In this document: piece after piece, positions 35,855 through 48,915 of the stretch
Layout of the letters: each line of letters starts with the position of its first letter
How positions within the stretch are numbered: position 1 is the stretch's first letter
From: Mobula hypostoma
Lineage: Eukaryota
DNA length: 64,000 bases
Direction of reading: 5' to 3'
NCBI RefSeq assembly: GCF_963921235.1
Contig: NC_086097.1
Location: forward strand, 176,144,001 to 176,208,000
Notes under the pieces: model-generated
What the model was told of the DNA's origin: nothing
Seen by the model: the letters and a program-made list of their open reading frames with translations, nothing else
The model's database searches: none
Program-made: the position numbers and the translations under genes

Positions 35855-37428
35855 GGTGGAAGCTGACTTTGCGCCCGTTCGTATGTGCTTTCAGGCTTTC
35901 ATTGCTTCTGCCCAACAGAAGAATGGAGATGAGAGAAACATTGAATGGGGTTTGCGGCCCATAATGAGATAGACAGAAGCACAAGCACATGTCAAAATTA
36001 AATCTGATGAGTTCCAGCCAACATTCTCCAGAATTTGAAATCAGAACCTTTTGTACTTAAAGCACTGTATCGACAAATTTCAACACACACTCAGCGATTC
36101 AGGAACAGCCATCCGATTCCTAAATGGACATTGAACCCTTGGACGCGACCTCGCTTTTTTAATATATAGTATTTATGATTTTTGCACGACTTTTAATCTG
36201 ATCACTATACATATACTGTAATTGATTTACTTATTTATTTATTATTATTTCATTTTGTATTTTTTCCTTCTATATTATGTATTGCATTGAACTGCTGCTG
36301 CTATGTTAACAAATTTCACGTCACATGCCAGTGATAATAAACCTGATTCTGATTCTGAAATGTAATGCAATTTGCCCTGCACTGATATTAATGAGAAAAT
36401 AAACTGTGACCATTCTCGTTAACTACACCCCTCATGGTGAGAGATGTAATTAGCATTTATGATGTAATTCACAGTTTATTTTTTCCCAGGGTAGGGATGA
36501 GGATTGCAAAATGAGAGAGCATAGGGTTTAAGGTAAGGGGAGGAGGAGATTTAAAGGGGACCTGAGTGGCAACTTTTTCACACAGAGGATGATTGGAATA
36601 TGGAATGAGTTGCCCGAGGAAGTGGTTGAGGCAGGTGCAATTATAACATATGAAAGGCATTTAGACATGGATATGAAATGTTCAAAGGGATGTGGGCCAA
36701 ATGCAGGCAAATGGGATGAGCTCAGTTAGGCAACTTAGATTGTATGGGCGAGTTGGGCTGAAGGGCTGTTTCTGTGTTATATGACTCTATGACTCAGTGG
36801 AACTGCAACATCTTCAATGTCTAAGTCTGTTTTGCTGCTTTGTGGCTGACAGCTTGGTGTATTTGATTACATTCAGTTGAACTCTGCTTTACCTGATCAC
36901 TTTTACAGATACACCCTGTGTGATTTGCAATCCATCAAGAGCTTAAAGTTCGAAGGGTAAAACATGCACATTCCATGAATGTACACCCAGTAAATTTTCA
37001 TCCCTCGTAGATATTGGAACATGTTAGTTACTGAGAAATAAATCAGTGGCATGGGAAAACTGGTGCTAAATTTGAACAACCAGTGCATGTTTATTTGTCA
37101 GCACAGAGTCTTCCTAGTTAATGTCAGTGCAAGGCAAATTGCTTTAAGTTTGTTGATAGAGTGCTTAAGTACAAAAGGTTAGGGTTTCTGATTTCAAATT
37201 CTGGAGAATGTTGGCTGGAACTCATCAGATTTCATTTTGACATGTGCTTGTGCTTCTGTCTGTCTCATTCTGGGTCCTATCCAGCAGTTCCAGGTCGCAA
37301 ACCCCATTCAATGTTTCTCTCATCTCCCTTCTTCAGTTGGGCAGAAGCAATAAAAGCCTGAAAGTACATACGATCCAGCTCAAGGTCAGCTTCCACCCTG
37401 CTGTTAAACAACTACCGATGGTTCACTA
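35823..37428. repeat. Inverted duplication: arms ~35823-36392 (with a ~280-bp LINE 3' insert at ~36080-36357) and ~37117-37428
   Basis: MCLCFCLSH appears on both strands (35787..35990 minus, 37161..37361 plus). ccagccaacattctccagaatttgaaatcagaa is present in both orientations. Confidence 0.88.
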
Positions 37429-38974
37429 GTTAGGGTTAAGATGAACTCTTTCCCTCACAATCGGTACTGGCCACAAAACTGTAATTCCACATACTGATCC
37501 ATGCTCTTAAATTTGCCATTCTTGTTCATAATGCTTCTCACATTAAAATAAACACATTTCAACCCATGCATTGCCATGAGACCCAGGAGTTTCTGTTGGT
37601 AGCAAAAGAGGATAAGAACTTGATAGAGGTGTACAAAAATATAAGAGGCATTAATATGACTGTTTGCATCACCACCTGGTGTGAAAACGCTAATGTCGTT
37701 TAATGGAAAATCATACAAAAAGTAGTGGATACAGCCCGGTCCACCATGGGTAAAGCCCTCCCCACCATTGAGCAGAGTTGTCATAGGAAAGCAGCAGCCA
37801 TCATCAATGAACCCTACCAGCCAGGACTTGTTCTCTTCTAGCTGCTGCAGTCAGGAATTATCTACAGGAGACTCAAGACTCACACCACCAGGCTCCTGAA
37901 CCAAAGGGGATAACTTCACTCAACTTCACTTGCCCCGTCATTGTAAAGTTCCCACAACCTATGGACACACTTTCAAGGACTCTTCACATGTATGTGGTTT
38001 GATAATAAATTTACTTTGAACTTCAATTGTGTAAGTAACCAGTGCCTTTTTCCCAGGGCAGCAAAGACCAATACCAGAGGACATCCTAGTGCGTGAGTGG
38101 AGGAAAATTTTGGGGCGATGTCAGAGGCATGTCTTTATAGAGTAAGTGGTGCCTGGAATGCACTGCCATGGTTGGTGGTAGAGGCTGATACATAAGGGAC
38201 ATTTAAGAAAATCTTAGGCACATGGATGAAAAAAAAAATGGAAGGTTATGGGCTGTGTAGGAGAGAAGGGTTGGAATGATTGTGGAGTAGGTTAAAATGT
38301 TGGCACAACATCATTTTGTGTTGTAATGTTCAACATTCTATGTTATAAGGTTGGGTGACTGGCAGAAACCGAAGAGTGGGAATACAGGGAACCTTTATAG
38401 TTGACTGCTGATGATTAGTGGATTTCCATGGGGTTCAGTTGTTTAGTTATGTCTCTCTTCTCGCTGTGAAAGGTGACACCTCTCTGCCCTTTACTTGGGG
38501 AGAGAGAGTGCCCGTGGTATGTTGAATTGTTGGTGAACCTCTGCAGATTATAGACTTCCTTGGGGGCTTTGCTATTACTTGCTTGGTGAGTGGAGGGTGC
38601 TGTTGCCTTTTTGCTGAAGTGAGTGGGGGAGGCGGAGGGTTGTTTCTTTGCTATTGCTTGTGCATGACAGGGGTGAGTAGGGGACTTTGGGATTCTAACA
38701 TTTTTACTGTCGCTCATTCTTTGGGGCACTCTTTTGTTTTCGTGGATGTCTGCAAAGAACAAGAATTTCAGGATGTAGTGTATATTTTATACATTTCTCT
38801 GATATTAAATGGAACTACTGAACTATTGAACTAAGCAATAGATATTGAGAACATAAGATGAAGAGTCCTTGAAAGTGGTTGTGGGAACATTTCAATGATA
38901 GAGCAAGTGAAGTTGAGTTAAGTTATCACCTCTGGTTCAAGAGCTTGATGGTTGACGGTAATAACTTGATCAAT

Positions 38975-40340
38975 TAGCCTGACTTCAGTGGTTGGGAAGA
39001 TGTTGAAATCAATTGTTGAGGATGAGGTTATGGAATATTTGGTCACACAGGACAAGATAGGACAAAGTCAGCATGGTTTCCTTAAGGGAAAGTCTTGTCT
39101 GATGAACCTGTTGGACTTCTTTGAGGAGATTACAAGTGGGATAGTAGGATAGACAAAGGGGATTCAGTGGATGTTGTATATTTGGACTTTCAGAAGGCCT
39201 TTGACAAGGTGCCACACATGATGCTGCTTACCAAGTTAAGAGCCCATGGTATTACAAGAAAACTACTGGCATGATTAGAGCATTGGCTGATTGGTAGGAG
39301 GCAGACAGTGGGAATAAAAGGATCCTTTTCTGGTTGGCTGCCAGTGATTAGTGGTGTTCCGCAGAGGCCAGTATTGGGACCACTTCTTTTTCTGCTGTAT
39401 ATAAATGATTTAGATGATGGAATAGATGGCTTTGTTGCCAAGTTTGCAGATGATATGAAGATTGGTGGAGGGGCAGGTAGTGTTGAGTAACAGGTGGGCT
39501 GCAGAAGGACTTAGACAGGTAAGAGAGTGACAAATGAAATACAATGTTGGAAGGTGCATGGTCATGCACTTTGTGGTAGAAGTAAATATGCAGACTATGT
39601 TCTAAACAGGGAGAAAATACAAAAATCTGAGATGCAAAGGGACTTGGGAGTCATTGTGCAGAACACCCAAAATGTTAACATGCAGGTTTAGTCAGTGGTG
39701 AGGAAAGCAAATGCAATGCTAGCATTTATTTCAAAAGGTCTAAAATACAAGAGCAGGTTGTGATGTTGAGGCTGTATAAGGCACTGGTGAGGCCCCACCT
39801 TGAGTATTATGAACTGTTTTGGGCTGTTCATTTAAGAAAAGGTGTGTTGGCATTGGAGAGGGTTCAGAGGAGGTTCACAATGATGATACCATGAATGAAA
39901 GGGTTATCATATGAGGAACTTTTGATAGATCTGGGTCTGAACTTGCTGGAATTCAGAAGGATGAGGGAAAATCTCATTGAAAGCTTTTGAATGTGGAAAG
40001 GCAGAGTAGATGTGGAAAGGATGTTTCCCATGGTGGGGGAGTCTAGGACAGGAGGGCACAGCCTCAGGATAGAGGGGTGTCCATTTAAAACGGATGCAGA
40101 GAAATTTCTTCAAACAGATGGTGGTAAATTTGGAGAATTTTTACCATAAGCAGCTGTGGAGGCCGGGTCATTGGGCGTATTTAAACTTGATAGGTTCTTG
40201 ATTGGACACGGCATCAAAGGTTAGAGGGAGAAGGCTGGGGAGTGGGGCTGAGGAAGGGAAAAAATTTGTTTGAATGGTGGAGTAGACTCAATAGGATAAA
40301 TGGCCTAATTCTACTCCTATGCCTTATGGTATTATGGTTT
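38975..40340 (+). mobile_element. Degenerate CR1 RT region plus 3' UTR
   Basis: SQHGFLKGKSCLMNLL, GVPQRPVLGPLLF...KFADDMKIGG, and a (ttatgg) tail. Confidence 0.9.
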
Positions 40341-40344
40341 AATA

Positions 40345-41270
40345 AACCTTTCCTGCTCCTGGTGATGTGAGCCCTGAGGCTGCTGTACCTTCTTCCAGAT
40401 GGCAGCAGTGAGAAGAGAGCATGTCTTGGGTGGTGGGGATCTCTGATGATGGATACTGCTTTCCAGCTACGATGCTTCATGTAGATGTGCTCAAAGATGG
40501 GGAGGCTTTATCCATGATGGACTAGTCAGTATCCACTGCTTTTTGAAGGACTTTCCATTCAAGGGCATTGGTGTTTCCATGACTTGCTGTGATGTAGCCA
40601 GTCATCATACTCTCCACTACACATCTATAGAAGTTTGTCAAAGTTTTAAATGTCATTCCAAATCTTTGCAAAATCCTAAGGAAGCAGTGGTGCTGCTGTG
40701 CTTTCTTTGTAATTTCACTTACGTGCTGGGCCTTGGACAGGTCCTTTGAAACAATAACACTGAGGAATTTAAAGCTGCTGACCCATTCCACCTCCAATCC
40801 CCTGATGAGGACTGGTTCATGGACCACTGCTTTCCTACCCCTGAAGTCTATAATCTGCTCCTTGGTCTTGCTGACACTGAGTAAGAAGTTGTTGTTCTGG
40901 CAGTACTCAGCCAGATTTTCAATCTCCTTCTTATATGCTGATTTGTCACCTCCTTTGATTCAGCCTACAACAGTGGTGTCGTCAGCAAACTTTGGAGCTG
41001 GCATTAGAGCTGTGCTTAGCCACACATTCATAAGTGTAAAATGAGCAGAGCAGGGTGGCTACATGGCTTTGTGGTGCACTGTGGAGATAGTGGAGGAGAC
41101 GTTGTTGCCAATTCGAACTGACTGTAGACTGCAAGTGAGGGGGTGATGATCCAATAGCACAAGGTATTGAGGTGAACGTCTTGCAGTTTATTGATTCATT
41201 TTGAGGGAATGGTGGTATTCACTGTAGTTGTAGTTGATAAAGAACATCCTGATGTATGCATCTTTGCTGC
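40345..41270 (-). mobile_element. Degenerate Rex1/Babar-like LINE
   Basis: ORFs 40214..40480 (LFSLLPSGRRY) and 40522..40827 (VEWVSSFKFL...LTNFYRCVVES). Confidence 0.85.
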
Positions 41271-41520
41271 ACTTGTTGGCACCTCCAGCAGTGCCAAACT
41301 TTAAGAATTGGAATTGGTTTATTATTATCACATGTATCCAGACACAGGGAAAAACATTGCTTGGAAATTGTTGTTACAGAACAGTGGTGATACACCTGAT
41401 TCTGAAACTGATCAGGTGCAGTTCAGGAACTTCCTCACACAGAATCTCTTCACACTGAATTCTACATTTTAAATCAGAGAATTATGCATGAAAGATAACA
41501 TTCATCATATGTATTATTTC

Positions 41521-42171
41521 ACTCCGGTGAAAGATATCTGTAATCTGTCAAGTAGGGTGCCGTGCACAATCCTGATTTGATGGAGACAGATGTGAGAGAA
41601 TGGAGGAACATCTGGAGAAACTTCTGAAATGCCCTTTTCGCTGCCACTGTTACTGTATGATCCGGAATCTCCAGAGGGGAAGGCCCCGAATCCTCAGCTT
41701 TGCTTGTTGTGCGGTGGCCGGGACGGGGTCGAGGCAGAGATGGTGCTTGGTGATCAGTGTCGAAGGGCTAGTCAGTGGCTCGAAATTTTCGGACGGACTC
41801 AGGGTCGGCCGCGGTCAGGTGCTTCCAATGCATCAACGGTTGTCGGTGCCTGGAGGTTTATGGCAGAGAGAGTTTCTCCCTTCTGCTGCCTGCTATCGGG
41901 GACTATCGGGAGTTGTTCGGAACTTCGAGACTTTTTTTTACTGTTCCTATGGTCTGCTCTTTATCAAATTGTGGTATTGCTTTGCACTGCTGTAACTATA
42001 TGTAACTAATTATGTCATAATTATAATCAGGTCTTGCCAGTGTTAGTCTTTGGTTTGTCCTGTTTTTTTTGTGATATCACACTGGAGGAACATTATATCA
42101 TTTCTTAATGCATGCATGCATTTCTAAATGACAATAAACAGGGACTAAGTGCCCTCATAATCTAATCTAAT
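41521..42171 (+). mobile_element. Non-autonomous LINE-dependent element, copy 2 (family of 7937-8613)
   Basis: Shares gtcaagtagggtgcc...cctgatttgatggagac, the 3' hairpin and the (taatc)n tail with copy 1. Confidence 0.8.
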
Positions 42172-42892
42172 GTATTAGGACTGTGGTTTGCCACAATATT
42201 ATTTTTGGCACTTCTCTGTGGCTGCAACTGCTTGGATTCTGATGTTTCTTTCATTTCTAATCACATATAGAATGATCTGCTTCAGTGTTATGCAATCAAT
42301 ATGTTTCATTATATCTTGGTACATGTGACAATTATAAACTAATTACCAATTACTACACTCAAACTCTCTTCTGTAACCATTCACCATAACCTTCAGTAAC
42401 CTGATCCTTCAAAATTCCTCAGCAGGCAGTTCAAAGCGCTGGGAAGTGGTCCTGGTGTCTTTGGTTTTTAGATATAAACAGACCCCTCTGCTTGCTCTTG
42501 TGCTGCTTGTCCAATGCACTTGCATTTTATTTGGTTTGTTAGGTATTCCAAGACTCCTTCACTTTCTTCAGCTGTTGGTGCAATGGGTGAGTTACTGGTC
42601 AATGATCTAGAATCCATTGAGTACATTTACACGGAGCACTGCCACGAGAAAGCAGCATCCATCATTAAAAACCTCTACTATCCAGGCCTTGCCATTTTCT
42701 CACTCCTACCATCCAGCAAGAGATAGAGAAGCTGTAAGTCCCAGACCACCAGGTTCAGGAACACCTGTTACCTGACAACCACCAGCCTCTTGAACCAGTG
42801 TGGATAACTTCATTCACCTCAACTCAGAACTAGTTCTACGACCTACAGACTCACTTAAAAGGATATTTTACAACTCATGTTCTTAGTATTAT

Positions 42893-44470
42893 AAAACCAT
42901 AAAATATAGGAGCAGAATTAGGCCATTTGGCTCAACAAATCTGCTCCACCATTCCATCACAGCTGATTCAATTTTCCTCTCAGTGAATATCTCCTGCCTT
43001 CTCACCATATCCCTTCATACCCTGACCAGTCAAGAATCTATCAACCTCTGCCTTAAATATACATAAAGACTTGGCCTCCACAGCTGCCTGTGGCAAAGAA
43101 TTCCACTGATTCACCACTCTCTGGCTAAAGAAATTCCTCTTCACCTCAGTTCTAAAATGATACCCCTCTGTTCTGAGGCTGTGTTCTCTGGTCTTAGACT
43201 TTCCCACCATAGGAAACATCCTCTCTACATCCACTCTATCAAGGCCCTTCAACCACTTGATAGGTTCAATGAAGTCACCTGATATTCTTCTGAATTCTAG
43301 TGAATACAGGCCCAGAACTATCAAAAGCTCTTCATATGACAAGTTATTCAATCCTGGATTCATTTTGTGAACTTCATTTGAATCCTCTTTAATTTCAGCA
43401 TATTTTTTCTAAGACAAGGGGCCCAAAACTGTTCACAATAAGTGAGGCTTCACAAGTGCTTTCTAAAGTTTCAACATTGCACCTTATATTCTAGTCCTTT
43501 TTAATGAATGCTAACATTGCATTTGCCTTTTTCACTATAGACTCAACCTGCAGATTAACTTTTAGGGAACCCTGCACAAGGACTCCCAAGGCTGCCTGTA
43601 CCTCATGTTTTTGTATATTCTCTCCATTTAGAAAACAGCCAACCCTTTCACTTCTTCTAACCCTTTCATTTCTTCTACCAAAGTGCACAACCACGCACTT
43701 CCCAACACTGTATTCCATTTACCATTCCTTTGCCTATTCTCCTAATGTCTAAGTCCTTCTGTAGCTCCTCTACTTCCTCAAATATACCTTCCCCTCCACC
43801 CATCTTCATATCATCTGTAAACTTTGCAACAAAGCCATCAATTCCATTATCCAAATCATTGACATACAACGTAAAAAGAATTGGTCCCAACACAGACCCC
43901 CATGGAACACCACTAGTCACCAGCAGCCAGTCGGAAAAGTCTCCCTTTATTCCCACTCTTTGCCTCCAACTAGAATCTAGCATGGATACTGCTTTATCCA
44001 TGCTAGAATCTTTCCTGTAAAACCATGGGCTCATATCACGTTACGCAGCATCATATGTGGCACCTGGTTAAAGGCCTTCTGACAATCCAAGTACACAACA
44101 TCAACTGATTTTCCTTTGTCTATCCTGCTTGTTATTTCTTCAAAGAATTCCAAAAGATTTATCAGGCAAGAATTTCCCTTGCAGAAAATGTGCTGACTTT
44201 GGCCTATTTTATCATGTGCCTTCAAGTACCCAAAGACCTCATCCTAATCAACTCCAACATCTTCCCTCACTGAGGTCTGAGTAACTGGCCCATAGTTTCC
44301 TTTCTTCTGCCCCTCTCCCTTCTTGAAGAGTGGCATGACATTTACAATTTTCCTGTCTTTGGGAACCATTCCAGGATCTAGTGATTCTTGAAAGATCATT
44401 CCTAATGCCTCCACGATCTCTTTAGCCACCTCATTCAGAACTCTGGGGTGTTCACCATCTGGTCAGGTGA
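42893..44470 (-). mobile_element. Degenerate CR1 RT region plus 3' UTR
   Basis: ORFs 44244.., 44031.., 43675.. (GVPWGSVLGPILF...KFTDDMK) and 42980.. (RNFFSQRVVNQWNSLP). Confidence 0.9.
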
Positions 44471-44611
44471 CTATTATTCTAATTTGCTTTGTTTATCTTC
44501 TTTTGCACATTAGTGTTAGTCAATAGTTGTCCTGTTATATACAGTTTTTTGCTGATGTATTTCTTTTTTTTCTGTAAATGCCTGCAAGAAAATTAACCTC
44601 AAGGTAGTAAA

Positions 44612-44815
44612 TGAAGGATTCTGCCGATGCTGGAAATCCAGACAACACATAGTAAATGTGGAGAAATAGCTGGTCAGGCAGCATCTATGGCAGGGAATAA
44701 ACTCTCAATGTTTCGGGGCAAGACCCTTCATTAGGACTGAAAAGGAAAGGGAAAGAAGTCACGACAGAAAGGTATAGGGAAGGGAAGAAGTACAAGCTGG
44801 CAGATAATAGGTGAA
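44612..44815 (-). mobile_element. PLE pLTR fragment with a mutated hammerhead core
   Basis: The minus strand reads agtcCTAATGAagggtcttgcccCGAAAcattg at ~44705-44738. Confidence 0.7.
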
Positions 44816-45660
44816 GAGTAACATATACATTCTTTGCTAATACAATTATTTTGAACTTTGAACTTTGCATTTATGATCTTCCTACAGGTAAGTCTCATCA
44901 TACTTAGCTACCCATTCCAGGCTACGGCACCACCATTTGTATATTAAAATGTTCCCCTATGTTTCCTTTGGACTGCCTTCGACCTCTAGTATTAGACACT
45001 TTGACCCTAGGAGAAAGGTACCTGCCTGTCTACTCCATCTATGACTCTTATGATCTTATAAATTGCCACCAATTTTCCTTCAGCCTTCAATGCTCCATAG
45101 AAGACAACCCAAGTTTGTCCACCCTTTTCTTATAAACCTTAATACTTCATTACGTAGGTATAGACACACTATGATCACTTTATACCACTATAATTTTGGT
45201 TCAAATCTTGTTATTTCTTGTACAACATGTATCATTTATATATGTTATGTTTAATATATGTCTATCATTGTATAATTTATGTATGTTATGTTTAATATAT
45301 GTTTTTCATCTGAACATTGGGCTTCTAATATTTTTAGTTGCACCTGTGCTTATACCGTACGTATTTGTGCATATGATAATAAACTCGACACAGTTCATAT
45401 TCTCTCATCTAAGCAGTCTCCTGGTAAAGTCTTCTGCACTCTTTCCAAAGTCTGTACATCCTTCCTGTAAATGCAGCCTAACTAAAGCTTTAAATAGCTA
45501 CAGCATGACTTCCTTAATATTCTGCTTAATACCCTGACCAATGAAAGCAAGCATTCCCAATGTCTTCTTTACCACACTATCAATTTTTGTAGCCTCCTGC
45601 AGAGACCTATGGACTTCATCCCCATGATACCTCTGTACATCAGTGTTGTTCAGAGTCTTG

Positions 45661-45962
45661 CCATGGTAGCACAGCAGTTAGCGGAACTCTATTATAGCTT
45701 CGGATATCAGAGTTTGGAGTTCAGTTCCGACTTCATCTGTAAGGAGTCTGTATGTCTTCCCTGTGGAATGCGTGGGTTTTCTCTGGGTCCTCCACTTTCC
45801 TCCCACAGTTCAAAGGCGTACCGATTAGTAGGTTGATTGGTCATTGCAAATTGCCCTGTGATTGGACTAGGGTTAAATCGGGGGTTGAGAGTACTGTGGT
45901 TCGAAGGACCAGAAGGGCCTATTCAAACCTGTATCTCTAAATTCAAAAATATGAATAAAATA
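45661..45962 (+). mobile_element. tRNA-derived V-SINE-like element
   Basis: Box A/B-like head and V-domain-like gggttttctctgggtcctccactttcctcccacagttcaaagg. Confidence 0.72.
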
Positions 45963-45976
45963 AATTAGCTGTGTAA

Positions 45977-47445
45977 CTTAAGGGTTCATAAGCCACCTGG
46001 CCCAGATGATCTGCATCCTAGGGTTTTGCATGGTGCCAGAAGATTGGAAAATTGCAAATGTCATTCCACTCTTTAAGAAAGGAATATGTTGGAGTCAATT
46101 GTTAAGGATGAGGTTATAGAGTACTTCTAATCTCCTCAATGATCTCCAACAGGTTTGTCAGGTAAGATGATCCCTTAAGGAAACTATGCTAACTTTGTTC
46201 TATCTTGTCCTATGTCACCAAGTACTCTATAACCTCATCCTTAACAATTGACTCCAACATATTCCCAACCACTGAGGTCAGACTAACTGGTCTGCTTTCA
46301 TTTCTGCTGCTTCCATCCTTTCTTAAAAAGTGGAATGACATTTGCAATTTTCCAATCTTCTGGCACCATGCCAGAGTCCAATGATTTTTGAAAGATCATT
46401 ATTAATGCCTCTAGAATCTCTACCACTATCTCTTTCAAAACCCTAGGATGCAGATCATCTGGGCCAGGTGGCTTATGAACCCTTAAGTCTTTCAGCTTTT
46501 TCAGCACCTTCTTCCTTATAATAGTAACTGTATTCACTTCTCTCCCTTCACATACCATGACATTTAGCACACTGCTAATGTCTTCCACAGTGAAGACTGA
46601 TGCAAAATACTTATTTAGTTCATGTGCCATCTCCTCTCCTTGTCCCCCATTATTATTTCTCCAGCCTCATTTTCTAGCAGTCCAATATCCACTCTCATCT
46701 CTCTTTTATTTTTATACTTGAAAAAGCTTCTTCTATCCACCTTGATATTGCTTACTAGCTTGCTTTCATATTTCATCTTTTCCCTCCTATTTGGATTTTC
46801 AAAAGGCACTTAATAAGGTGCCATACTTGAGGCTGCTTACCACTTAAGCATTACAGGAAAGTTACTGGCATGATTAAAGCATTGGCTTATTGGTAGGAGA
46901 CAGCGAGTGTGAATAAAGAGGTCCTTTTCTGGTTGGCTGCCATTGGCTAGCGGTTTTCCTCAGGGGTTGATGTTGGGACTCTTTCTTTTTATGCCGTATA
47001 TAAATGATTTAGATAATGAAATAGATGGCTTTGTTGCCAAGTTTGCAGATAATGTGGAGATAGGTGACGATGCAGTAGTTTTGAGGAAACAGGAAGGCTG
47101 CAGAAGGACTTAGATAGATTAGGAGAATGGGCAAATAAGTGGCAAATGAAATACAATGTTGGAAAATGAATGGTCATGCATTTTGATAGTAGAAATAAAT
47201 GTGCAGACTATTTTCTTAATGGGGAGAAGATCACAAAATCTGAGATGCAAATGGACTTGGGAATCATTGTGCCAAACACCTGAAAGGTTAACTTGCAGGT
47301 ATAGGTGGTGAGGAAGGCAAATGTAAAGTTAGCATGCATTTCAAGAGGTCTAGAATACAAGAGCTGGGATGTGATACCGAGGCTTCATAAGGCACTGCTG
47401 AGGCCTCACCTTGAGTATTGTGAACAGTTTTGGGTGCTTATCAAG
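45977..47445. mobile_element. Rearranged CR1: plus-strand mosaic 45977-46126, minus block ~46127-46789, plus block ~46790-47445
   Basis: Minus ORF 46298..46630 (GPDDLHPRVLKE...EDWKIANV). Plus-strand DFQKAL...KFADN...RPHLEYCEQFW. Confidence 0.8.
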
Positions 47446-47669
47446 TGGGTTGCTCTGTACAGTATGGTGCTGAGCTCTGAGGTGGTGCTGAAGCCACACT
47501 CATCCATTTCATAAAGGGTGAAATTTGTTTTGATCGCCTGTTCTAACTCAGCTATCTGATTCCACAGTTCTGCCTTTGATTCTTCAACCTGGTGTCTGCT
47601 TTTGATGTCAGTAACCATACTGCTTTTACTTATGAATGGTTCCAAGTATGCACCTGATTCAGCTCAAAA

Positions 47670-47890
47670 AAGCACAGAGGATTCTGCAGATGCTGGAAAT
47701 CTGGAGCAACACGTACACATTACTGGAGGAACTCAGCAGGCCAGGCAGAATCTATAGAGGGGAATAAGCAGGTGATGTCTCAGACTGAGAAACAGTCTTG
47801 ATAAAGGGTCCTGGCTTGAAATGTCAAGTTAATTCTCCTTGGTGGAAGCTATCTGATTTGCTGAGTTCCTCCGGCATGTTGTGTGCTATT
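47670..47890. mobile_element. Degenerate short PLE with inverted arms
   Basis: ggaggaactcagca ... tgctgagttcctcc inverted pair, with a decayed hammerhead-like core at ~47794-47830. Confidence 0.65.
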
Positions 47891-48204
47891 CAGCTTCATT
47901 AACTCTTAACAATTTTTTTATTGATGTACCATAGAAAACATGCTATCCGGATGGTATGGAATGCTTGGTATGGAAAATATTCTGCTCAAGGCCGTGAGAA
48001 TCTATAGAGAATTGTGAAGACAGTGCAGTCCATCACAGAAGCCAACTTCCCCTCCAATGTCTCCAACTGGGAATTCAGGAAAAAGCTCTTCAGGCAGGTG
48101 GTGGACAGAGAGCAAAACATTGCTGCCACTGAGGGGAAAACCAGGGACATAAGGATGTAATTGAGGAAATCCTTGGATAAGGTCTTATTGCTGTAACAAT
48201 AGAA

Positions 48205-48915
48205 AAGAGTAAACAGCTGATGATTTGGGCCAAGACCCTTCATCAGGACTGAAGAGAAGTCAGAGTGAGAAGGTGGGGGGGGGGGGAGGAAGAAATACAA
48301 GATGTCAGGTGATAGGTGAAACTGGGAAAGGGGGAGGGGGTGAGGTAAAGAGCTGGGAAGTTGATTGGCTGGAGAAGCGGGGATCTGATAGGAGAATAGA
48401 GAAGACCATAGAAGACGGGGAAGGGTGAAAGAGCACCAGAGGGAGGCGATGAGCATGTAAGAAGAGGAGATGTGAAAGGGAACCAGGAATGGGGAATGGT
48501 GAAGGAGAGGAGAGGATGGGGACAATTACCAGAAGCTTGAGAAATTGACGTTCATGCCATCAGGTTGGAGGCTACCCAAACAGAATATAAGGTGTTGCTC
48601 GTCCAAGCTGATTGCGGCCTCATCCTGGCAGCAGAGGAAGCCATGGACTGACATGTCAAAATGTGAATGAGAAGTAGAATTGAAATGGGTGGTCACCAGG
48701 AAATCCTGTTTTTTGTGGTGGATGAAGTGAAGGTGCTTGGCGAAGAAGTTGCTCAATTTACGTCGGGTCTCACTGATATACAGGAGGCCACACCAGGTGC
48801 ATCGGATATAGTAGATAACCACAAGAGACTCAAAGGTGGTGTTGCGTCACTTGGAAGGACTGTGAGGGGCCCTAAATGGTAATGAGGGAGGCATTGTAGG
48901 GGCAGGTGTAGCACG
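48205..48915 (-). mobile_element. PLE fragment: GIY-YIG endonuclease plus pLTR
   Basis: ORF 48526..48822 reads VIYYIRCTWCGLLYISETRRKL...HFN...LGSLQPDGMN. CTGATGA core at ~48215-48250. Confidence 0.88.

Noticed and set aside
47446..47655. Protein-like minus-strand frame (VEESKAELWNQIAELEQAIK)
   Set aside because: No recognisable family and no donor site before it runs into CR1 sequence. Cannot be supported without a search.
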